This document shows positions 52,897-64,000 of a DNA stretch of 64,000 bases, piece by piece (the stretch's first letter is position 1; each line of letters begins with the position of its first letter). The notes beneath the pieces were generated by a model. The model had not been told where the DNA came from, ran no database searches, and saw only the letters and a list, made by a program, of their open reading frames with translations. Source of the stretch: Octopus vulgaris (Eukaryota); contig OX597839.1 of assembly GCA_951406725.2 (NCBI GenBank), positions 744,001-808,000 on the forward strand, in the 5' to 3' direction. Made by a program: the position numbers and the translations under genes.

Positions 52897-53853
52897 TCTA
52901 CACAATATAGAAATATACTGCGCAAAAACACTACTTCTAGATCAAATTATATCATACATGTTGCCATGGTAGTCACACGCCAACGATAACTAAACGACCA
53001 CTATTAGTTAAAAGCAAGATCAATGCATGAAGAAGAAAACAGAAAGAAACAAACAACAAACTTCCAACCTCCGCCTCTTTCACTTTCTCTTTCTGTTAAA
53101 TCGCATCCTCATTCGTAGAAACACAGGTAAGTTGGCATGCAAAGAGAGAGCTATATATTCTGACGCAAATTTGAGACGCATTCATTTCTGTAACTCATTT
53201 AAAGCTCTGTCTTGACGAGAACCAAACTTTCCAGGCAACACAACACATCTCTATATCTACATTTAAGGTAATTTCCTATAATAGCATCATAATAGCTTTT
53301 ATAATTTTTGAGATCATTTTAATATGTGCCTATACATACACACACACACACATTTCAATAACTTATTTTCAGAACGTAGTCCATGGAATCCCTAAAAAGA
53401 TCAGAAAAAGATTTTAAAAAATGAAAGAATTCTAAAAAATTACAATTCCTCAGTGGCTTTTATACCACTTGAATATGTATAAATATATATGTATGCATGC
53501 CTACATACATACATTTATATATATATATATATATATGTATATACATATAAATATACATTTGCATATATATATATATATAGATATACATATATCGCACATA
53601 TATATATACATATGCACCTATATATATATATATATATATACATACACATACACACTCTCACACATATATATACATATATGTGTGTGTAGATCGCTAGCCA
53701 CGAAATATTTTTAATTTTCTCTCCTTGTTTCTTTCCGTGGAAGAGCGTAGGCTCGAAAGGTTAAACACTTCTTCAGTTCCCGAGCGTTAAACTAATACAT
53801 CTGTTTGTTGTCTACAGCACCTGTCTTTATCTTTTGTTTTATTTTGTGAATTC

Positions 53854-53977
<124 letters not shown>

Positions 53978-54213
53978 GGAATTTTGAGATTAATAATCTA
54001 GTGATCTAGTGTTAACTCAATATATGTATGTTCGAGAACAAGTGTTAGATGAATATAGAGCGGCAATAAGTAAAATGGATGTCATAGTAAAAACAAGGGT
54101 TATGCTAAGAACATCAATAGTTTGCAAATGTGTATGCTATGAAATGCAAGGATTTCTTAGCTGTGTGCCTACATAAAAACATAATATCCTATAACTGCAT
54201 CGCAGCCTCGAAA

Positions 54214-54260
<47 letters not shown>

Positions 54261-54395
54261 GAGAGAGAGAGAGAGAGAGAGATAGATAGATAGATATATA
54301 GATAGATGTATATATATACATTATTTACATACATATATATTGATACATTATTTGCATAGATGCATATATATATATATTTATGAGTATATGTATAC

Positions 54396-54456
<61 letters not shown>

Positions 54457-55350
54457 AATGTACATATATACGTGTATATATCTATATTAATAAAATTCTC
54501 TGTGGTTGGGTGCGTGCGTGCTTTCTTTATGCACAGTGAAATCGCTGGATTAGTGTGTACGAAAGTTTTTCATTACCCGGGGAAGATTCTCGGGGAATGA
54601 AATTTTGGCTCTTGCCAATACAGAGGGTTGCACACTCTCCTTCCTATATGAAACTTGGGATTTTTTTCAGCGGTATTATTCTTTCACTTTTGATAACAAT
54701 ATTGTTTCACTTTTATTCTTTCACTTTTGACTTCCGGATTTTTCAGCGATACATTATTGTTTCACTTTTACACAAATTATGGCTTGTACTCATCTTGGGG
54801 GCTGCAGCTTCTCCTATACGATCATTCTGAGTTTTTTTTCAGTAGATTCATATGTTTTCGATGACGGACATTCCGAATATGCAAACCGCCATGTTTTCAA
54901 AATATTTAATTACCTCCCTCACCCTAAATTCTTAGTTTTTTACTTTTTTTCGATTATTTTTGTCAATCTATGTGAAGAAATACGAGATTAAGATTATGGA
55001 AAAATATTTTTTTTTCATTTCAAACTTTCTATGAAGAGATGAATAATTCTGTACGCTACTTATAATATTTACATTGGACGGATATGTGTCCTCATCTTGT
55101 TTCTTTTTTACCACATCGTTTCGGCTGGTTTACTTCCAGCCTTCATCGGCTGTGCTGGGCATATAGCGTAGTGGTTAAGAGCGCGGGATACTATCCCCAA
55201 AATTACGAATTCAATTCCAGAGAGTGTTTTGAATAAATAATAATAATAATAATAATAATGAAAATAATAATAATATTAATAACGTAAATAATAATATTAA
55301 TAAAATAATAATAATGAAAGTAATGAAAATAATAATAATAATAATAATAA

Positions 55351-55384
<34 letters not shown>

Positions 55385-55513
55385 TAATATTTATGTATCT
55401 ATGTATGCATGTATGGATATATACGTCTCTAAGTATGCTTGTATGTATGTATATATATATATATGTGCATATATGTGCGAATGCGAAAAAAGTATACACA
55501 CACACAGACACAA

Positions 55514-55606
<93 letters not shown>

Positions 55607-56248
55607 TGTATGTATATATATTGTCGACAGAATATAGAAATATACTGCGCAAAAACAGTATTTCTAGATCAAATTATATCATACGTGTTGCCATAGTAGT
55701 CACATGCCCACGATAACTAAACGACCGCTACAAGTTAAAAGCCAAATCAATGCATGAAGAAGAAAACAGAAAGAAACAAACAACAAACTTTCCACCTCCG
55801 CCTCTTTCACTTTCTCTTTTTGTTATATCGCATCCTCATTCGTAGAAACACAGGTAAGTTGGTATGCAAAGAGAGAACTATATATTCTGAAGCAAATTTG
55901 AGACGCATTCATTTCTGTAACTAATTTAAAGCTCTGTCTTGACGAGAACCAAACTTTCCAGGCAACACAACACGTCTCTATATCTCAAATTAAGGTAATT
56001 TCCTATAATAGCATCATAATAGCTTTTATAATTTTTGAGATCATTTTAATATGTGCCTATACATACACAAACACACACACACACATTTCAATAACTTATT
56101 TTCAGAACGTAGTCCATGGAATCCCTAAAAAGATCAGAAAAAGATTTTAAAAAATGAAAGAATTCTAAAAAATTACAATTCCTCAGTGGCTTTTATACCT
56201 CTTGAATATGTATAAATATATATATATGCATGCCTACATACATACATT

Positions 56249-56289
<41 letters not shown>

Positions 56290-56605
56290 ACATATAAATA
56301 TACATTTGCATATATATATATATAAAGATATACATATATCGCACATATATATATATATACATATGCACCTATATATATATATATATGTATACATACACAT
56401 ACACACTCTCACACATATATATACATATATGTGTGTGTAGATCGCTAGCCACGAAATATTTTTTATTTTCTCTCCTTGTTTCGTTCTGTGGAAGAGCGTA
56501 GGCTCGAAAGGGTATACACTTCTTCAGTTCCCGAGCGTTAAACTAATACATCTGTTTGTTGTCTACAGCACCTGTCTTTATCTTTTGTTTTATTTTGTGA
56601 ATTCT

Positions 56606-56644
<39 letters not shown>

Positions 56645-56895
56645 TATATATATATAGGAATGGTGAGATTAATAATCTAGTGATCTAGTTTTAACTCAAT
56701 ATATGTATGTTCGAGAACAAAGTGTTAGATGAATATAGAGCGGCAATAAGTAAAATGGATGTCATAGTAAAAACAAGAGTTATGTTATGAACATCAATAG
56801 TTTGCAAATGTGTATGCTATGAAATGCAAGGATTTCTTAGCTGTGTGCCTACATAACAACATAATATCCTATAACTGCATAGCAGCCTCGAAAAG

Positions 56896-56951
<56 letters not shown>

Positions 56952-56961
56952 AGAGAGATAA

Positions 56962-57015
<54 letters not shown>

Positions 57016-57099
57016 GTATGTATATATATACATTATTTACATACATATATATTGATACATTATTTGCATAGATGCATATATATATATATATATTTATGA

Positions 57100-57139
<40 letters not shown>

Positions 57140-58048
57140 GTATGTATGTGTGTATATATGAATGTACATATATACGTATATATATATATACGTGTATATA
57201 TCTATATCAATAAAATTCTCTGTGGGTGGGTGCGTGCGTACTTTCTTTATGCACAGTGAAATCGCTGGATTAGTGTGTACGAAAGTTTTTCATTACTCGG
57301 GGAAGATTCTCGGGGAATGAAATTTTGGCTCTTGCCAATACAGAGGGCTGCACACTCTCCTTCCTATATGATCCTTGTGAATTTTTTCAGCGATATTATT
57401 CTTTCACTTTTGATAACAATATTGTTTCACTTTTATTCTTTCACTTTTGACTTCCGGGTTTTTCAGCGATACATTATTGTTTCACTTTTACACAAATTAT
57501 GGCTTGTACTCATATTGGGGGCTGCAGCTTCTCCTATACGATCATTCTGAGTTTTTTTTTCAGTAGATTCTTATGTTTTCGATGACGGACATTCCGAATA
57601 TGCAAACCGCCATGTTTTCAAAATTTTTAATTACCTCCCTCACCCTAAATTCTTAGTTTTTTACTTTTTTTCGATTATTTTTGTCAATCTATGTGAAGAA
57701 ATACGAGATTAAGATTATGGAAAAATATTTTCTTTTCATTTCAAACTTTCTATGAAGAGATGAATAATTCTGTACGTTACTTATAATATTTACATTGGAC
57801 GGATATGTGTCCTCATCTTGTTTGTTTTTTACCACATCGTATCGGCTGGTTTACTTCCAGCCTTCATGGGCTGTGCTGGGCATATAGCGTAGTGGTTAAG
57901 AGCGCGGGATACTATCCCCAAAATTACGAATTCAATTCCAGAGAGTGTTTTGAATAAATAATAATAATAATAATAATAATGAAAATAATAATAATATTAA
58001 TAACGTAAATGATAATATTAATAAAATAATAATAATGAAAGTAATGAA

Positions 58049-58108
<60 letters not shown>

Positions 58109-58239
58109 TAATATTTATGTATCTATGTATGCATGTATGGATATTTACGTCTCTAAGTATGCTTGTATGTATGTATATATATATATATATATGTGCATAT
58201 ATGTGCGAATGCGTAAAAAGTATACACACACACAGACAC

Positions 58240-58332
<93 letters not shown>

Positions 58333-58522
58333 TGCTGTATTCAACAACACAACACATCACATGCTCTTAATCCCTTTGGATCTTAACACCTCAAGGTAAC
58401 TTTTTGGGAAGAGCATAGGCTCGAAAGGTTAAACACTTTCTCAGTTCCCGAGCGTTAAACTAATACATCTGTTTGTTGTCTACAGCACCTGTCTTTATCT
58501 TTCGTTTTATATTGTGAATTCT

Positions 58523-58611
<89 letters not shown>

Positions 58612-58753
58612 AATTGTGAGATTAATAATCTAGTGATCTAGTGTTAACTCAATATATGTATGTTCGAGATCAAAGTGTTAGATGAATATAGAGCGGCAAT
58701 AAGCAAAATGGATGTCATAGGAAAAACAAGGGTTATGTTACGAACACACGCAG

Positions 58754-58795
<42 letters not shown>

Positions 58796-59484
58796 GTATG
58801 TATATATATATATATATATGATCGACAGAATATAGAAATATACTGCGCAAAAACACTACTTCTATATCAAATTATATCATACGTGTTGCCATAGTAGTGA
58901 CACGCCCACGATAACTAAACGACCGCTACAAGTTAAAAGCAAAATCAATGCATGAAGAAGAAAACAGTAAGAAACAAACAACAAACTTTCAACCTCCGCC
59001 TCTTTCACTTTCTCTTTTTGTTATATCGCATCCTCATTCGTAGAAACACAGGTAAGTTGGCATGCAAAGAGAGAGCTATATATTCTGAAGCAAATTTGAG
59101 ACGCATTCATTTCTGTAACTGATTTAAAGCTCTGTCTTGACGAGAACCAAACTTTCCAGGCAACACAACACGTCTCTATATCTACAATTAAGGTAATTTC
59201 CTATAATAGCATCATAATTGCTTTTATAATTTTTGAGATCATTTTAATATGGGCCTATACACACACACACACACACACACATTTCAATAACGTAATTTCA
59301 GAACGTAGTCCAAGGAATCCCTAAAAAGATCAGAAAAAGTTTTTAAAAACGAAAGAATTCTAAAAAATTGCAATTCCTCAGTGACTTTTAGGCCCTCCTG
59401 AATATGTATAAATATATATATATGCATGCCTACATACATACATTGATATATATATATATATACATATAAATATACATTTGCATA

Positions 59485-59544
<60 letters not shown>

Positions 59545-60216
59545 TACATATATCGCACATATATATTGATATGCACATATATATATATATATATATATAT
59601 GTATACATACACATACACACTCGCACAAATATATATACATATATGTGTGTGTAGATTGCTAGCCACGAAATAGTTTTTATTTTCTCTCCTTGTTTCTTTC
59701 CGTGGTAGAGCGTAGGCTCGAAAGGTTAAACACTTCTTCAGTTCCCGAGCGTTAAAGTAATACATCTGTTTGTTATCTACAGCACCTCTCTTTATCTTTT
59801 GTTTTATTTTGTGAATTCTCCCTGTATATATATATATATAGGAATTGTGAGATTAATAATCTAGTGATCTAGTGTTAACTCAATATATGTATGTTCGAGA
59901 ACAAAGTGTTAGATGAATATAGAGCGGCAATATGTAAAATGGATGTGATAGTAAAAACAAGGGTTATGCTACGAACATCAATAGTTTGCAAATGTGTATG
60001 CTATGAAATGCAAGGATTTCTTAGCTGTGTGCCTACATAACAACATAATATCCTATAACTGCATCGCAGCCTCGAAAAATGTTATATATATATCAAGAGA
60101 GAGAGACCGAGATAGATAGATAGATGTATTTATGTATATATATACATTATTTACATACATATATATTGATACATTATTTGCATAGCTGCATATATATATA
60201 TATATATATTAATGAG

Positions 60217-60275
<59 letters not shown>

Positions 60276-61157
60276 ATATATGAATGTACATATATACGTA
60301 TATATATATACGTGTATATATCTATATCAATAAAATTCTCTGTGGGTGGGTGCGTGCGTGCTTTCTTTATGCACAGTGAAATCGCTGGATTAGTGTGTAC
60401 GAAAGTTTTTCATTACTCGGGGAAGATTCCCGGGGAATGAAATTTCGGCTCTTGCCAATACAGAGGGTTGAACACTCTCCTTCGTATATGAAACTTGTGA
60501 ATTTTTTTCAACGGTATTATTCTTTCACTTTTGATAACAATATTGTTTCACTTTTATTCTTTCACTTTTGACTTCCGGGTTTTTTCAGCGATACATTATT
60601 GTTTCACTTTTACACAAATTATGGCCTGTACTCATATTTGGGGCTGCAGCTTCTCCTATACGATTATTCTGAGTTTTTTTTTCAGTGGATTCATATGTTT
60701 TCGATGACGGACATTCCGAATATGCAAAACGCCATGTTTTCAAAATTTTTAATTACCTCACTCACCCTAAATTTTTTAATATTTTACTTTTTTTTCGATT
60801 ATTTCTCTCAATCTATGTGAATAAATACGAGATTAAGATTATGGAAAAATATTTTTTTTTATTTCAAATTTTCTATGAAGAGATGAATAATTGTTTACGT
60901 TACTTCTATTATTTACATTGGACGGATATGTGTCCTCATCTTGTTTGTCTTTTACCACAACATTTTGGCTGGTTTACTTCCAGCCTTCATCGGCTGTGCT
61001 GGGCATATAGCGTAGAGGTTAAGAGCGCGGGATACTATCCCCAAAATTACGAATTCAATTCCAGAGAGTGTTTTGAATAAATAATAATAATAATAATGAA
61101 AATAATAATAATAATAATAATGAAAATAATGATAATAATAATAATAATATTAATGAA

Positions 61158-61226
<69 letters not shown>

Positions 61227-61357
61227 TAATATGTATGTATCTATGTATGCATGTATGGATATTTACGTCTCTAATTATGCTTGTATGTATGTATATATAT
61301 ATGTGCATATATGTGCGAATGCGTAAAAAGTATACACACACACAGGCACACACGCAG

Positions 61358-61393
<36 letters not shown>

Positions 61394-62041
61394 GTATGTA
61401 TATATATATATGATCGACAGAATATAGAAATATACTGCGCAAAAACACTACTTCTACATCAAATTATATCATACGTGTTGCCATAGTAGTGACACGCCCA
61501 CGATAACTAAACGACCACTATTAGTTAAAAGCAAAATCAATGCATGAAGAAGAAAACAGTAAGAAACAAACAACAAACTTTCAAACTCCGCCTCTTTCAC
61601 TTTCTCCTTCTGTTATATCGCATCCTCATTCGTAGAAACACAGGTAAGTTGGCATGCAAAGAGAGAGAGAGCTATATATTGTGAAGCAAATTTGAGAGGC
61701 ATTCATTTCTGTAACTGATTTAAAGCTCTGTCTTGACGAGAACCAAACTTTCCAGGCAACACAACACGCCTCTATATTTACAATTAAGGTAATTTCCTAT
61801 AATAGCATCATAATAGCTTTTATAATTTTTGAGATCATTTTAATATGTGCCTATACACACACACACACACACACACACACATTTCAATAACGTATTTTCA
61901 GAACGTAGTCCAAGGAATCCCTAAAAAGATCAGAAAAAGTTTTTAAAAACGAAAGAATTTTAAAAAATTGCAATTCCTCAGTGACTTTTAGGCCCTCCTG
62001 AATATGTATAAATATATATATATACATGCCTACATACATAC

Positions 62042-62085
<44 letters not shown>

Positions 62086-62094
62086 ATATACATT

Positions 62095-62130
<36 letters not shown>

Positions 62131-62135
<5 letters not shown>

Positions 62136-62767
62136 GAAATATTAAAATAACTAAGTCTCTCTAAAAGAGAACAGCGGCAGCGTTCCCGGAAAATAATAGT
62201 TATCGCCATACTAATATGGCATTCTTATAAAAACTGTATCCATATACCTCGAGAAAAAACTACTTGCTGTCCGCTTATTAGCTTTCCATGAGGCCATCGC
62301 CTTAAGTTTCAACAATAGAAATATTAAAATAACTATTTGATACACAAACTGTATCCATATAACCTTCGAACAAGGGAGGTCAGTCGCTCCACACTACTTG
62401 ACCGGCAGCTACAGACGCGTTTCGGAGTATTGCCCCTTTTCAATGCAGCGTAGCCATATTAGTTTGGCGATAACTATTATTTTCCTGGAACGATGACGCT
62501 GTTCTCTTTTAGAGAGACTTAGTTATTTTAATATTTCTATTATTGAAAACAAGTGGATGTATTCCACCGAAACTAGGAATACTCCGAAACGCGTATGTAG
62601 CTGCCGGTCAAGTAGTGTGGAGCGACTAACCTCCCTTGTTCGAAGGTTATATGGATACAGTTTGTGTATCAAATAGCTAACTTAAGGCGATGGCCTCATG
62701 GAGCTAATAAGCGGACAGATTTTTTCTTATTTTTATTAGAATGCCATATTAGTATGGCGATTACTAT

Positions 62768-62771
<4 letters not shown>
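62131..62771. mobile_element. Patchwork fold-back Penelope-like element inserted in (TA)n of tandem unit 4
   Basis: Four pairs of inverted segments. Absent from the equivalent (TA)n in units 1-3. Confidence 0.75.
62408..62449 (-). ncRNA. Minimal type-I hammerhead ribozyme motif with U3-A8 core
   Basis: The - strand reads GCTGCA-TTGAAAA-GGGG-caata-CTCC-GAAA-CGCG-TC^-TGTAGC. Confidence 0.7.
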
Positions 62772-62815
<44 letters not shown>

Positions 62816-63517
62816 CGCACATATATATTGATATGCACATATATATATATTTATGTATACATACACATACACACTCGCACACATATATATACATATATGT
62901 GTGTGTAGATTGCTAGCCAAGAAATAGTTTTTATTTTCTCTCCTTGTTTCTTTCCGTGGTAGAGCGTAGGCTCGAAAGGTTAAACACTTTTTCAGTTCCC
63001 GAGCGTTAAAGTAATATATCTGTTTGTTATCTACAGCACCTGTCTTTATCTTTTGTTTTATTTTGTGAATGCTCCCTATATATATATATATATATAGGAA
63101 TTGTGAGATTAATAATCTAGTGATCTAGTGTTAACTCAATATATGTATGTTCGAGAACAAAGTGTTAGATGAATATAGAGCGGCAATAAGTAAAATGGAT
63201 GTCATAGTAAAAACAAGGGTTATGCTTCGAACATCAATAGTTTGCAAATGTGTATGCTATGAAATGCAAGGATTTCTTAGCTGTGTGCCTACATAACAAC
63301 ATTATATCCTATAACTGCATCGCAGCCTCGAAAAATATTATATATATATATATATACATATATATAAAGAGGGAGAGAGAGAGAGAGAGAGAGAGATAGA
63401 TAGATATATAGTTAGATAGATAGATGTATATATATATACATTATTTACATACATATATATTGATACATTATTTGCATAGATGCATATATATATATATATT
63501 TATGAGTATATGTATAC

Positions 63518-63553
<36 letters not shown>

Positions 63554-63571
63554 ATATGAATGTACATATAT

Positions 63572-63969
63572 AGGCGCAGGAGTGGCTGTGTGGTAAGTAG
63601 CTTGCTATCCAACCACATGGTTCCAGGTTCAGTCTCACTGCGTGGCATCTTGGGCAAGTGTCTTCTGCTTTAGCCCCGGGCCGACCAATGCCTTGTGAGT
63701 GGATTTGCTAGATGGAAACTGAAAGCAGCCCGTCGTATATATGTATATGTGTTTGTGTGTCTGTGTTTGTCCCTGTAGCATTGCTTGACAACCGATGCTG
63801 GTGTGTTTACGTCCCCGTCACTTAGCGGTTCGGCGAAAGAGACCGATAGAATAAGTACTGGGCTTACAAAGAATAAGTCCCGGGGTCGATTTGCTCGACT
63901 AAAGGCGGTGCTCCAGCATGGCCGCAGTCAAGTGACTGAAACAAGTAAAAGAGTAAAGAGTAAAAGAGT
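63572..63969 (+). mobile_element. SINE family 1 full-length copy
   Basis: Complete head to tail. It interrupts AATGTACATATATA|CGT, which is intact in the other tandem units. Confidence 0.9.
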
Positions 63970-64000
63970 ATACGTATATATATATATATATATATATACG

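Noticed and set aside
54555-54991. Repeated hydrophobic ORF MYESFSL... in the tandem units
   Set aside because: The frame is not preserved in the third copy and there is no recognisable domain.
55157-55235. tRNA genes here and at 9713, 23153 and 35490
   Set aside because: Poor acceptor stems, and each continues into a SINE body or (AAT)n.

Overview
AT-rich, microsatellite-dense eukaryotic DNA. The SINE families and (TA)n/(AAT)n/(ATGT)n load suggest an octopod cephalopod (inference). Most ORFs in the supplied track are microsatellite artefacts. Contents: (i) the last six coding exons of a Mind bomb-2-like ankyrin/RING E3 ligase (+, 1103-12519), with a decayed duplicate RING exon in the last intron. 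(ii) A 6.8-kb GGN-triplet array (26.8-33.6 kb) that reads as a Gly/Tyr/Cys/Asp/Val repeat protein and runs in frame into a dead Ty3/Gypsy reverse transcriptase. (iii) Many TEs: tRNA-derived SINEs (one as an 8-unit tandem array), R4/Dong-type LINEs ending in (AAT)n, RTE, CR1/L2, mariner and Helitron-like pieces. (iv) A ~2.7-kb tandem macro-repeat at 52.7-63.6 kb. (v) Most striking, several unrelated small non-coding elements, mostly fold-back and often in (TA)n tracts, that carry minimal type-I hammerhead-ribozyme motifs. Their core 3-8 pair appears as C-G, U-A and G-C, and one element has empty sites in sister tandem units. All alignments were done by eye, and repeat boundaries are approximate.
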